DNA of 64,000 bases. Origin: Spirogloea muscicola. Taxonomy: Eukaryota. Each line of letters starts with the position of its first letter. Positions within the stretch are counted from its first letter, which is position 1. Location of the stretch: contig WELB01000019.1 of assembly GCA_009602725.1 (NCBI GenBank), forward strand, positions 435,219 through 499,218, given 5' to 3'. Positions 22,595 to 36,203 of this stretch are shown here, piece after piece. The position numbers and the translations under genes were made by a program. The notes below the pieces were generated by a model that ran no database searches, was not told the origin of the DNA, and saw only the letters and a program-made list of their open reading frames with translations.

Positions 22595-23930
22595 ATGGCG
22601 GACCCCGCCGGCGGCGACGACGAGGCGCTGGGCGAGCCGGAGCCGACGGCGCAGGAGCAGGTGCCCGCCCCCACCTCCCTTCCTCCTCCCCCGCCCTTCC
22701 TGCCTCCGGCCCTCCGGGCTTCTGCGTCCTCGCAGCGCCGCCCGTCGAGCCCTGCCTCGCCGCCAGCATCCCGGGCGCACGCCCAGTGGCCCTCTCCCCT
22801 GAGCGCGCCCCGCTGGCTCGCCACCCTCAGAAGCGTGTCTTCGTCTTTGGAGCCTGCCGAGCCCGTCTCTGCATCTTCGACTTCGAAAGTCGAAGATGGC
22901 AGTCTGTCTCTGGCGCTGCGACGCCCTGCTCGCCTCACCTCTAGATTCATGCAATAGAACGCGGCTGCTGATGTTGAAAGAACGGCAAATTGCTGCATAG
23001 CAGGGCAGGCCCGCAGTATTCCGCCCGGAGGGACTCAAGGGAGATGGTTGTTGTGGCCTGCTCTATTCGTGTTGACTCTTGCCACGGACTCTACAAAGTC
23101 AGTCGCAGCTGAGCAAGCTGCTTGTTTGGAGCTGACTTTGCAGCGGCCTTGACCCACCGCAGGAGGCCATGCTGAAGAAGAAATACGGAGGGCTGCTTCC
23201 GAAGAACCCTCTCATTTGCAAGGTAGGGGTACCGTCCAATGAGGATGCGACTCGGACCTTGCATGAGCTCACTGTCCATCTACTCTGCTTCGTCTGCTTG
23301 TATGACGTGCTCAGTACTCATCTTTCTTGCCACTTTCTCAGGATCACGAGCGCAAGTTCTTTGACTCTGCAGACTGGGCACTGAACAATGTAAGCACTCG
23401 CACAGACGAGATCGATGCAATGACGTCGACCACTTTGCAATACTCTTCCAGGAAATAAGACCCTTTGATTGCGATACCAGATTTTGTCCCATCTTTTCTG
23501 CAGCAAGGAGCTGCGCGTCCCAAGCCGAGGATGTCGCAAGAGGATCTGCAACCAAAGTTCGAGGTACATGAAACCTCGAAGCGCTGTGCATTTCTGCACT
23601 CTTGGTCTTGTGGCTCAATGCTCATATGCTCTTTACGCACTGAAGATGCGTACAAGGACATGTACTTGCTGTGCACAAGCTAGCACCTGAAGTGTTGAGC
23701 TGTCTTTGATATAGCACAGGATTCGGGTGGCTCACATCTCACATTTCCCCATTTGCTTTCGCGCTTCCCACACACAGCCAACCTTGCGAACACCCCTCCC
23801 AGCCAGGCGATCGTCACTGGTGCCTGAGAATGAGAGTAAGGCCACTGCTCATGTTCTTGCCAGATATGTCATGTTAAGAGAGGCATGAGGTGATGCATGT
23901 CCTCCTGTCCTTTTCAAGGTGTGAGTATTG
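22595..23930 (+). CDS. ENSA: Endosulfine / ARPP19 family (cAMP-regulated phosphoprotein), multi-exon; last exon approximate
   Basis: Exon 1 MADPAGG...TAQEQ (22595-22660), then EAMLKKKYGGLLPKNPLICK / DHERKFFDSADWALNN, which contains the diagnostic FDSAD motif. Confidence 0.88.
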
Positions 23931-24795
23931 CGCTAAATGTCATAGTGTTGGCGGCAACCCGCTGCTCCGACAACACACAAGCAAGATTGTAGCCCCGATC
24001 AAACAAGGAGTTTGAATGGGATTTTCACTGTCTGTACAAGGGCACAGCTAGTCACAGCCAAGCAAGTGCGGACACCATGGTTTCAGATTTGCGACTACCG
24101 GACAGGCTGGCAGACACTGCCTGAGAGGCTTGGAGTGGACAGAAGGCTTGGTTGGTCAGTCTTTGAGCAAGATCTGTCTTTGGGCTAAGCTCAGACAGAA
24201 ACAGAGAGAGCACCAGCTCAACATACCTGACTGAATTACATGTATCATACGACCTCTCACACACAGTTCCACTTTCTTTACAATCATGGCATGCCATGCT
24301 TCAGCTGGCATTCCCAGATTGCTTTGGGCTTGCTTTAAACGCTGGAAGTACAGTGATGTGTGCGTCTGCACTACCAGTGGTATGCATCTGGACTGACTAA
24401 ATGTGGCATGCTCCACACTCGAATGCTTCTGACGTCAATGAGCAAACTTGATGTGCATCATTCGTCTGCACCTTCTCTTGCTGCCAACATGCTCAAGTAC
24501 TTGGCAATGTTCTTGTCGCTTTAAAGAAAGTCAGATTGTAATGTGTGGAGCTGGGACAGGACTCCAAGCATGTCTGTTAAGCATACCTCTGCCTTCTTCA
24601 GGAGCCTCAGTGATCCTGTCAATTGTGTACCAACTTTCTGTGAATGTCACAACATGCTAAGCTTGTGAACACTGGAAGAAGGCAACTGCCAAGAGCAGAC
24701 TAGGAGCTGCACCTGGATTGAATTTGATCTCAACCTCTAAGATTGATTCCTACAATTTCCAGAGATGTGCTTCTGATTGAAAATGCACTGGTTGT

Positions 24796-27700
24796 CTACT
24801 GCTGGCTTAATGAGTCTCTGTATGAATGAAGGAGGTCCGTCAGTCGATGGAGGCCATCCCTTGCAGTTCGATTCGTCGGCTCATAAATGAGCGCCTGTCT
24901 GAAGTCTGCAAGGTGGGACAATCATTGAGAGCATGACCAGTGTGTCAATCAAACATCAGGAAAGGCGTCTCTTAGTAGAAGAATCTTCATTGAAAGCAAA
25001 GGATGCTACCCGCCACAATCATTCTGCCTGAAAATCAGAACTGTGTATAGCATGCCGATGTGAAGTTGATTGTGCATCAGAGGACATTGGCAGTCGTCTT
25101 GCTGTACTACTTAGTAAGCACTGTGCAGGGTCTGCATGAGCACCTTCTACAGCATCATCGTAGTAGCCCAGGAAATCCCTCGCCGTGGCTCTCCTCAGAA
25201 TAGCCTTCACATTCTGATAAGGACAACATCAAAGTGCCCCCTCAAGACGAGAGTCATGAGCTATGCACCATCAATGGCACTAGAAAGATGAACCCACTGT
25301 TCAGTGCCTCAACTTAGACATCTTCTTATCTTACCTTCTTGTCCAACTTTAGGGCAGCAGTACAGTCAGCCTCGGCTTCCGCAAAGCTGAGTATCCATGG
25401 CATCCGGACTTCGTTAGTGTCATGCAATGTGCAAGTCTCGTCCAAGGACCAATCGCGTCCAACGAACAAGAACATCACCATGATGCTGGAGATGATGATA
25501 AGGACTGTGTACTGCAAGACTTCCAATGGGAGATCCTACCCTCCATGAAGAGAGCAACATGTCAACACGACTGTCTTCCGTTTGCGGCAAACCCATCACC
25601 TACTTGTTGAGATTCAGTTGACACATGGCGCGGTTGCTGTAGTATGTGGATCTCTTTGGGTCAAGCCTTATTGCTTCAGAGTAGAAGCCAAGTGCCTTCT
25701 CATATGAATTGGCTTTGTATGCTTCATTTCCCTGTCCAAGAAGAGGTTGCAATTAATCTGCAGGCCAGTAGTGTTGCTATAAAAGAGCATCCCGTATCTT
25801 GAATTTGACATGGTAATCATATCAGTGGAGCATCACTGGGTGAACGGGGAAGTTGGAGGGTGTAGATTACCTTGTCCTTAGCGTCCTCGGCAGCATCCTC
25901 CTTTGACCTTCCTCCCTTTAACCTGCTCTTTGACTTCTCCCAGAGATACTTTACTTCCTGGAGCAATACACCGTGCACTAGATGGGCACTGTCAAGGAGA
26001 AGTCGGTCATTCCCATGACGTGCGACAACAGAGATTGCCACTGGTAGGCCGCCCGGATGCCCAGCCTCTGTGCCAGCTGGTATGCTGATCTGCGCAACAT
26101 GCAAAGAAGCACACGGAGAATGTGAGCAAGAAGTGATTACGAGTGCGTCTGCAGAGCTTGAGACAGACACAATCCTCTGCAAAAGTGTATTTTCAAGATC
26201 ACAGCGATCCTCTCACCACTGGACATCCAGATAAGCTGCCAGGTGCAAGGAGGTTCATTGCTCTGTTTCGGAAGTCAAGCATGGCTCCAGCTTTCGCCCT
26301 GAGCTTTGGGGGCGGCCCTGGCGCTGTTGGCATTACCAAGAGCGCATCTTCCTGTGAACCACCAGGAAACACTGGTGAGTGCCTTAGTTTCCCTGAGCGG
26401 ACGTGAGTAAAGCCAGCTCTAAGTAGACACTACGACGTCCCTGTCATATATGTATATCAAGTCCACTGGTCGATGATCCTAAATCAACCCTCCAAACGTG
26501 TGCTATTTGTACTTCTAGTACTCTATACTGCTCTGGGTCAATTAGTTGGATTCTCGCTACCCTCTTACATTGGGCTGTGCCCTCCATTGAGTGGACAAAC
26601 ACATGCCCTGATACCAGCCAGTCACTAAAGCCACTGAGAGCAGGCTAGAGCCCCTCTCTCCACAATGATGACAAGCGTGGCTCATCAGCTAGGTGGTCTT
26701 TGACGTGATAAGATGGAGAATGGGGTTGACGGTCAAGGCCATGGGATCTAAGCACGTCGATTTCGATAAACGTGAAATTGCTTCAGCATTGCACCTTCAA
26801 CAGGTCAGCCATGGCCTTTCGGAGCTCCTCTTGAACGCTCTGTGCTGCTTCAGCAGCCTCAGCGGCAATATCGAGGGTTGCTTTCACTCTCGATTGTATT
26901 TCCTTCCCCAGTTTAGGGTTCACATCGTCTAACCACTTGCCATGCTGACACCGGAACTCGTACCTGGAGAACGAAGGTCACGCTGGCCAGTCACATAAAT
27001 GCACCGCATCAATGCTCAAAAAGCACAGTGAAAGCAAGGTAATATTAGGGTGAAGGTAAGTCCTCATCGTACCCTTGCAGCTGCCGGGTGGCTTCCCTTA
27101 TGGCAAAGAAGGGGGAAGAATCTGCCGTTTGAAAAGCTTCCAGCGAGGGCACATTCTTTGAGAGGTGCAACCCCAAGTCTATCCTCAGTACCTTGGCACC
27201 TGTACAAAAGTGTGAGTCACATGGATGTTCTTAAGCACCTATGAAATGACTGCCGCATTTACAAAGCATGTGGACACAGTAGGTCCGTAGTAGGTCCAAG
27301 CAGTACAAGAAGAGTGCCATCTTAACCCTCAGCATATAGGTGCTCATTGCACATGTGCAACGGCATGATCAACTTACCGGTGCTATATACTTTCTGACTT
27401 GTGGAAGCAATAGCATCCATAAGAATGGCAGACGGGTAAGTTGAGTTGCAGAGAGCGAAGCAGTCTTCAGCAACGAATATCTTCTGAGCATTTCGTGCAG
27501 AAGCCTGGGGCAGCTCAGCTAGGAGGACATTTCCGACCTGCCTCAGCACTGCAGGATCCCGTGCAAACCAGCCTGGCAACTCACCCGAACATCAGAAGGA
27601 TGACCAGCTCTTGTGACTCAAGGCAAACTCAAAAGCTGACCACGAGTAACCAGGGAAACAGCTTGTGCTGCAGCTAGCTCACCTGACATTCATTTTCAGG

Positions 27701-28938
27701 AAGAGGTTTGTTGGTGCTTACCGACAGTATCCAGGCTGGGCGACATGGGGATGACTCCCTCGCTTGAAATGACTCCATGAGAAGGCCTGAATCCTAAGAT
27801 GCCACAATTTGCTGCCGGTATCCTCATGCTCCCAACAGTGTCAGTCCCTGATGTGAGCAGTCAATAGTCCTCTTAGACTCTGCAAGGTATCGACTTCCGA
27901 CAGCCCATGCTTGGGAGTGCAAGCAAGGGTCTAGAAGGCAACAGCAGGCACTGTGACAGCTGACAGGATCATGGATTTGAGCAACTCGGGAAGCAGAGCT
28001 TGAGCCCTGAGCCCTTTGCAGCAACTGTGCACTGCAGGTTCTCGAATTGCTGCATGTTGCTGCTGAAAATGGAGTAGCTGTTTGATTGAGTAGCTAACCG
28101 AGAGAGAAGTCAACTAGTCCTGCAGCAACAGCCACCGCAGAGCCGCTGGAAGAGCCTCCTGGCTGGTGGCCTGGGGCAGCAGGGTTGACGGGCGTCCCAT
28201 AGTGCTCATCTTCCCCTGTGATGCTGCAATCGTGACAGGCAGATCCATGCATGAGGTTGACACAATGAACATCCGTTCGTCTTTGTCCCGTGCCGTGTGG
28301 ATTGCACAACACATCATGATCTGGTTGAGACCCAGACTGGTGCAAGTATCGATCGGCGCTGAACGCCAGGGGAAGATGCTCAGTAGACCGTTCTTGCAGA
28401 AATCAAAGGTGGGGGCTCGTGTCAACGGCCTCTGACTCCAGCAACACCGTGGGTGGACCGCTGATGCTATAGCTAGCGCATGCAAAGGTACGTCTCCCCC
28501 GGTGGTGACGCGGCCAAGCGGGGCCTTACCTGTATGCCAGCTCGGCCATGTGCGTCTTCCCAACGCAGGTCGCGCCCGCGTTGACCACTGTGAGCACGAC
28601 TGGAGCTGTGGCCTCGCTCGGGGAGTGCGTGCTGCGCCAGTCCGGGTTGCCGAACCCCGTGACAGTGCCCTCGACGCCGAAGCTGCCAAGCAAGCGGGTA
28701 GGCCAGTCAGTGCACCCACGGTGCCTGCGCCAGTCAGTCGACGCGACGGCGGCCGGCAGGCGAAGACGAGGCGCGAGGAGCTGGGAGGAGCGGGCGCGCA
28801 CATGTCCTTGACGGCGAAGGTGAGGCCCGCCAGCGGCAGCGGGGCCCGGGGAGGCGCCGGGTTGGGCGGCGGCAGGAGCTCCAGGCGCTGCACGAAGGCG
28901 CCGTGGTCGGGCGGCGGCGCCCGGCGGCCGACGCCGCG
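24796..28938 (-). CDS. TOC64: Toc64/OM64-type amidase-TPR outer-envelope protein, multi-exon; 5' end in a gap
   Basis: [34 protein letters not shown], amidase signature [14 protein letters not shown] and [11 protein letters not shown], then TPR exons ([54 protein letters not shown]). Confidence 0.9.
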
Positions 28939-29336
28939 NNNNNNNNNNNNNNNNNNNNNNNNNNNNNNNNNNNNNNNNNNNNNNNNNNNNNNNNNNNNNN
29001 NNNNNNNNNNNNNNNNNNNNNNNNNNNNNNNNNNNNNNNNNNNNNNNNNNNNNNNNNNNNNNNNNNNNNNNNNNNNNNNNNNNNNNNNNNNNNNNNNNNN
29101 NNNNNNNNNNNNNNNNNNNNNNNNNNNNNNNNNNNNNNNNNNNNNNNNNNNNNNNNNNNNNNNNNNNNNNNNNNNNNNNNNNNNNNNNNNNNNNNNNNNN
29201 NNNNNNNNNNNNNNNNNNNNNNNNNNNNNNNNNNNNNNNNNNNNNNNNNNNNNNNNNNNNNNNNNNNNNNNNNNNNNNNNNNNNNNNNNNNNNNNNNNNN
29301 NNNNNNNNNNNNNNNNNNNNNNNNNNNNNNNCCCCC

Positions 29337-32300
29337 ATGGCCGCCTGCCCCGCCTTGGCGCTGGCCGCGCTCTGCTTCCTCGCCTCCTGCACCGAGCTCG
29401 GCGACGCCGCCGCCTCCGTCGACGTCTTCCGCCTCGTCCAGGTGCAGCGCCGGCGCTTGGCCCTGCCGGCCCTGCCCGCCACGCCGTGCCCCTCGCGCCC
29501 GCGCCGGTGGCCTGACGGCCGCCAGCCGCGCTCGCACGCCGCAGTACGACGTGCGCGGCAAGCCGCTGGGCTCGCGGAGGGCCGCGCTGAACCTGTACGC
29601 CGCCTCGGGGCTGTCCGCTCCGGGCCTCGACCTGGCCAGGGCCGTGGTGGTGCTCAGGGTCCGGGACCTCGACCTGCCGCTCCTCAAGAGTGAGCTGAGC
29701 GCCCACTCCTCCTCCGCCTCACCACGCCCAGCTCTCCAGCTCTGCCCCGAGGCGCACCCTGAGCTCTGGGGGCCTGCTGTGCCGCCAATCCACGCGCTGC
29801 TCGCTTGCAGTCATCGTCGCCGGCTTACGTCGTACCTTTGGTAGCGTGCCATCAGAAGTATGACGTGTAGCTGTTAGCGGCTCGCAAGGTGCAGCGGAGA
29901 AATCCTGCTGGGTGGTTGAACGGGTTCTTTGCCATCTGCTCGTGCATCTGGCCACCTGTGGGCTGTGCAGGTCCTGCTTCGAGGGGTTTACAGCCTGTCC
30001 TTGGAGAGAGGCATAGCTTGAGGCTTTGGCATGCATTCCCTCCAGCGTTTGGAGGGTGGGATAGGAGGAGCATGCAGTGAAGACCTTCAGGGACTGAACA
30101 AACCTTGGGCTGACCTGGCCTGTGTTGCCTGAATGTGCACTCGTTTAGCGTGCGGGGTTTTGTCTTGCAGGAGTCCTCCAGAAGAAGCAGGCAGTGGGAG
30201 GTATCATCTTGATTCTACCACGGAAACACGGTGTCGGTGGTAGCAGCAGCAACGACAAGGATGCAGAGGGGCCCAGCCAACAAGAAGACGTCAATGTATC
30301 CCTTGCTGGTCATCTTGGCGTGCTAGCTGAGCTGGAGGAGCTGCTTGTCCACAGCAATCTACAGGTACGAGCAGTAAGCCTCAGAGGTTGTGTCCTGCTT
30401 GTGCATTGCTCGAAGCTGGCTCGTTTACAGAGGGTTCAAGGTCAGAAGCTGTTTTCTCAAAGCAGACGGTGACTGTGATGTCCACAGATGCCTGTTTATT
30501 TTGCACTTGAGAATGATCACCTCAGCAGCGCGATCAATATCTCAAGAACGAGCGAGGTGGTGGGCAAGCCTGCATCGGCTTTAAATGGCGGGTATCTGCC
30601 TTCCGCGTTCCCTGACACATGAGATACACTTAACCTCGGCCCAGTTAGTAATTCGAATTATAAGTCATTCGAGGTGCTCTGAAGAATGGGCATGACTGGT
30701 GCGGAGGCCAGTGCGCTGCTCAAAGCAACGTCCTGATCACAAGCTCGGACTTAGGGTTCAGCATTCAGTCGTCAGTGGCATTCTGCATGGGGCAGGCCAT
30801 TTGAGGAGATTGTTTTTGGCACTGCATCAGATCAGCTTCGTCCCCGTCACCCTTGCCGATGTCAGAAGCTTACCTGACATGCAGCCCCTATAAGTCCCAC
30901 ACTGGATACAGTGACCAAGAATTTTCATCCTAGTGGCGTGTGCCTATCTATCTTGTGCTGGTCAACATGAAGCAGCTCTCGCTAGGAGTACGTCGTCATG
31001 ATCGGTTGCTGCTTACAGCAGCTTTGCCTCCGTCCTGCAGCTTTGGGGACCTGACAAGCATTCACTGTCTATTCCTGTTGTTCCGTAATGCAGCTATAAG
31101 CTGCTCGTTGCATCAGCAGAAGCAAAGAAAGTGCCTACTCCTGTCATCTCCAACATTCAGGTAGGAAGGCTTCTGCTGCAGGAGTATCTTAGTGCGTCTG
31201 GGTTTACGCACATCATTGATCACATATTCCTCACATCGGCCAAGAGCTAAGAGCACCTACAGCTGTGACTCCTTGAACATACTGACTGAGTTTTGGATCA
31301 TGCTGGCACTAATCACAGACACATCAGCAGGTACCTGACATCACTTGCAAAACTCCGTGAATGGGCTCAGGGCTGGCTGTATGGCATGAGTGGCGAGGGC
31401 GACTTTGCCGGGCTTCCAACAATTGTGATCCATGCATCATATGACACTTTTGGAGCAGCACCTGTGAGTTTGCCTGTTGATATGCCCTGCACAGATTGGG
31501 CCTGCTGGTCCCGGATGTTGCCCTTGCATAAAAGTCAGCTGCGATATGCAGTTCACCGTTCACTTTCTAGCCACAGGCACCAAGCATGCGCAAGTTGTTG
31601 TACTACCAAATTTTGAGATGCTCGTCTGAATCATTATTACCAGGCCATTGACATTGTTATCCTGCACCTTGTACAGTCCCTGGCCACCGGTGCCAATGAT
31701 GGAGGCACAGGAGCAGTAGCAGTGCTTGAGCTAGCCAGATTGTTTTCCCGATTGTACAGGAGAAGCCCAAAGTCAAAGGGAGGGTACAACCTCCTCTTTG
31801 GCTTGACAGCTGGTGGCCCTTACAACTGTGATGGTACCAAGCAGGTGACTCAAGTACTGAGATTCTGTTGAAGGCAGATCCATGGTAGCTATAGTCCCAT
31901 CCTGTGACCATGGACCTTCATAATTGGTGTATCTACTTAGGCTCCATGCAGTTTTCACAATTCAGTCTCACTGCTTAACGTGTTGCTTGGGGCCATCTGA
32001 GCAGACAATGTCACTGTTCTGAAGAAGAGCGGTTCATACTGGAGGCATGGATACTTGTTCGTTGATATGCTACTTCCTACTTGCATTGCAGTGGCTAGCA
32101 AGTCTTGATCAACGAGTGTTGGAAACCGTGGAGTTGACAGTGAGCTTAAAATCCCTAGGAGCACGTTCTCAAGGAGCCCCTGCAGGAAAGCTGCATCTGC
32201 ATGTCTCCAAGCCTCCAAAGGATCCCAAAATCAAAGTCCTACACGATGTCAGTTCCTCTTGACCCTTTTTCATTGCAACTCTCTACATGTCAAGCTGCTC

Positions 32301-34178
32301 CACAGGCATGATTGGATAGTCGCAGGTGCCTTTCTCTGGAAGCTAGTCTCCCCTTGCAGCTAAAGATCTTAGTGTACTAAAGGCTGCTCTCCTTTTGAAC
32401 AGACTTTGGCTGCCGTGGCCGTTCAATTTGGTTTGGATGTGGACCTTGTCCACAAGAAAATAAACATCTCTGACCCCTGGGTATGTACCATCTGACACCA
32501 CTTTGCTGCCACATCGTCCAACAATCTTGACAGCAGGCTTTGAGGTCATGTCCAGCTTTGCAGCACCACTGTTGACCGGATTTTTGCAGTGTCATCGAAT
32601 AGTCGTTTGGGAACCCAATATCATCTGACAGCTCTGGGTGGCTTTTTCTGCTTGCCCTCTGTGACCCAAAAGGTGGCCTGGGAGCATGAGCAATTTTCCC
32701 GGCAGAGAATCGTGGCAGGGACGCTGTCCTGCCACGAAGCTGCAGTTGGCGAACTCGCACATTCTGGCGGCCTCACAGACCTTAGGTGAATCGTCTCGCG
32801 GCAAACGCAGGGAGTTGGTGTCCATCTACAATGCAGTGTGCACTTGCAAGCCTAGTAGTGAGGAGCCTAGCTCCTGGTGCTCCATGTGACAAGCAGGCTC
32901 ATCAATGTCCGAGTGGCATCGCAGTGGCCACGTTCTAAATGATGGTGTGCTTTTGCAGGGAAGATGTAGACGATGTAGCTGTCACCCGAGTCACCAAGCT
33001 AGTTGCTGAAGCCCTCGGGGTGAATGATCCACCGACCTCGACAATCACAATGTTGTTGTCAATGCCTGCAAGTCCAACATGCTGGTGCACCTGTAGTTGC
33101 TGTCCTGCCATAAGGATATGCAGGCACCTGAGAGCAGTTCATTCCTTGTGCTGCAGAGGCTCATTTATAGTCATTTAGGAGGTACCACTGACATCTTCGC
33201 AGAAGGTAGCAGCTTGGCTGTAAGCCAGCCATTCATCTCGGCGTGGTTAGACCTGCTGTCCAGCAGTCCACGTGTCATTCCATACCTTCCCAAAAGTGCC
33301 CCTATTGTCACAGCTCTCCACAAGGTTGGTCGCAGATCTCTCAGTGCTGGCCAAGTCCTTCTTTCGTGCTTCCTGCCACTTCTGCCTGCCAGATGTCATG
33401 CCTGCAAAACGCACGTCTGATGCTGATGTGTCCTGAAGCACTGCAGGAACTAGAATCACATACTTCTGATGCAAAGATACATACGTGTCTGCTGGATAGC
33501 AGCTATGTTTTCTATGATACGCCCTCCGCAACTCTGCAGGTTTATCAGGTTAGTGCTGCCCTCACATCAGACCTTACCGAACACTGCTTATGGCCAGGGT
33601 GCGCTGAGTATTCTGGCGTAGAAGAGCAGCATGTCACAAGGGCTGTCCAGGGAATCCAATGAAACTGATTGATCTGATCTTCTTTCTGCAGGTTGCCAGT
33701 GTAGCTTTTGATCTGCTTATCATGCTGGGTGTGGGGCTATACCTTGGGATACTGTATATTGTATTACACATCACAACCAAGGTACATGCTGTATGTGTCT
33801 GGCAAAGTGTGCGGAGGTCTCCTGCATGGCTTTTGCTGGATTGCGCGCAATAGAATGCAAATGGCAAAGGATTGCTGTTGTAGGATATGCATAATCACAA
33901 CCTTTTGCTTCTTACCTCAGCTTCCACCCCGTCCAGGTGTGGTGGGCTTGTCTAGCATATATGTTGACAAGATCCGCGAGAGATTTTGATACGTAGCGGA
34001 GGGCCTGTGCTCTCCATTTTACATGATTTCCCTATGACGCCTCTAAAACTGTGCTTGCGAGGCTGGGTATCGTCTGACAGATAGTAAGCAATCTACTTGG
34101 CAATGCTTGGTGCAGGGACTTGATGACTTTATGGGAGTGGTCAGGACATCTAGGACTCGGAAGGTGAAGTTCGCCTAG
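29337..34178 (+). CDS. NCLN: Nicalin, multi-exon
   Basis: Signal peptide, then VDVFRLVQ/YDVRGKPLGSRRAALNLYA, LPTIVIHASYDTFGAAP, VAWEHEQFSRQRIVAGTLS, a C-terminal TM (VASVAFDLLIMLGVGLYL) and last exon GLDDFMGVVRTSRTRKVKFA*. Confidence 0.9.
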
Positions 34179-34645
34179 GACACTTGCAGGAAGCATTGAG
34201 AGCATCAAGTGACACCAACTCCACTGTGGTCTTCCTAGGAAAAGCTGCTCTTCTGGTGGCAATGTTAGTAGTTTGCATGAGTGAGAGCTTCTGTTCTTGG
34301 CCAATCTTACTGCTCTCGGGCTGCTAACTTGACCTTCAGGTCTGGCGCAATGTCTGACTAGAGATACTTTATGAGGTAGCCTGGTCATACCCTGTCAATC
34401 TGTCTAGTCTACCTGCCCTTTGTCTTGCTCACTGACACGTGCTAAAATCTGCTTATGCTGCCCACTACAACTAGATGCCAGAAAACCAACAACAGATGCC
34501 ATCCACCTGGAGGCGTTGTTATTGCTTCCAGAGGTTAAAGAATGGTCTGGCTTTTGAGAGATAATAATGGATTTTGAGCTCCTTGACTTTGAGCTATTGG
34601 TGTGTCAGAATGTGCATTCTGGTGCCTCAACTGCGTCCGCTCGGT

Positions 34646-35882
34646 TGATCACCTGCTCTTTAAGACAGGGAGCACATCATGAACTGGAGGAGCAGACCTT
34701 GCCACCACAAGGAGCAGCACGTCCAGAGGAAGTGCTCCCAACTTCTGTTCCGAACCCTGGATGGACCACCAGTTACAGGCGGATGTCAAAGGGATGGCAT
34801 TCGAAGGTAGTCACTGCTGGTCCCAGTCCTTGAGCACTTGGGGCAGCTCAGCAGAACGGACCATTGGGGTGCAAACATGGTCAAGAGCAGCCTTCCCTTC
34901 GCGTTTGGACAAGGCTTGGATCTGGAGAGGCTTGCATGTGGCTGCGAGCACGGGCTGCTTGACACTGGCTGTTGACGCCCCCTCATTTATGCAAGGATGC
35001 GGGTTCAAGTAGTGGCAGGCAGAAGCAATGGCTTCGATCGTTATCAAGCAGAGGCACATGCAAATGCCAGGTCCGGTCAGTACCTGGCAGCTTGACCCCA
35101 CATGCTCCCCTTCAGCAGAGCTGGCTCCATGCCGATCGCTGTGACGCTTGTGGGACAGAAGCAGCTGCTTCGTCGCGCAACGGAATTGCCGGGGGAAGCG
35201 GCTGTGAGATGCTGGCGACCAGGACAGGAGTTGGGGCGACTGAATGCACACGACGGTCATGTGGTCGCCCTCCTGGGCGCTGTACACCTGGCAAAGGGGG
35301 GGAGGGGGGGAGCTTGGCGCTTGTGGGGGCCTTGAGCACGTCTGCGCCTGGAGCCAGGCGCGGCGGCCAGTCCAGCTGCGACTGCCAGTCGAAGCAGGCG
35401 GGCAGGCGTGCAAGTGGGTGGAGCCTGCCGATGGCCACCTCCGAGAGAGTCGGGAGAAGGGGGGTGAGTGTTTGGGAGCTGGCAAGGCCGGACCAACCAG
35501 CCTCTTGTCGACGACGAGGAGCTCCCGGGTGTGGCAGTCGCGGAACACCCAGGGGTGCGTCACGAACGTGTGCTGCCGGCACTCCTCGCCCGGGCTCAGC
35601 ACCTCGTACTCCCGCTGCGACCCGCGGCGAACACAGGGACAACCGGCTGTGAGGCAGGAGTGAGGCCGAATCCAAGCCGGCCCAGCTCATTATTGGCGCG
35701 CGGCGAGGCGGGGCGATGCTCGCCTCTCGGCCGGCGTAGTCGATCCAGCCGGTGCGCACGGGGCTGGCGGTGGCGTTGCGGAAGATGACGTGGATGGAGT
35801 GGAGGGAGTTCTGGGAGCGCAGCTGCCACCGGCCGTCCTCCAGCGGCAGTAGGCTCGCCTTGGACGACGCGCAGCCGCACAT
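34646..35882 (-). CDS. von Hippel-Lindau (VHL) beta-domain protein, multi-exon; 3' exon approximate
   Basis: LRSQNSLHSIHVIFRNATASPVRTGWIDYAGRE/REYEVLSPGEECRQHTFVTHPWVFRD matches the VHL beta-domain pattern. Probable last exon GSEQKLGALPLDVLLLVV...SR*. Confidence 0.8.
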
Positions 35883-36103
35883 GATGGCCAGTGGGTGATG
35901 GGCGCCGCGCGCGGAGCCGCGGGAGGAGGCTGCGGCGAGGAGCACTGAGCGAGCTGCGGCGAGAGAGGAGACCACAACGCAGAAGGGAATGTGACGAAGG
36001 GGAGGAGGTGCCGAGGCGGCATTTCAGAAAAATGGTGGGGGGGGAAGGTGAGCATCGCCCGGCAGGCCCGGAGGTGCGGCCAGCGGGGGGAGCCCCCCCC
36101 CCC

Positions 36104-36203
36104 GGGCGCCCTGTCTGCCTAGCCTTTGGCTCCGTCATGAACACCTGTATGCATCTGGCTGGCATTTCACAGCCGACTCTTTCATATCAGCAGCCGCTTT
36201 CTT
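36104..36203 (+). mobile_element. Subfamily-4 3' UTR copy in the VHL/IFRD divergent promoter
   Basis: Aligns to the reverse complement of 21958-22056. CCCCCCGGG is duplicated at 36098-36106 and 36204-36212. Ends about 50 bp before the IFRD ATG. Confidence 0.85.

Noticed and set aside
33920..33989. ORF end VGLSSIYVDKIRERF as the nicalin C-terminus
   Set aside because: The exon at 34116-34178 (GLDDFMGVVRTSRTRKVKFA*) fits the plant nicalin C-terminus better.
19050..34178. Sec61a, Toc64 and nicalin as a functional translocon gene cluster
   Set aside because: They act in different compartments, are interrupted by an unrelated gene, and there is no synteny evidence. Chance adjacency in a gene-dense genome is sufficient.
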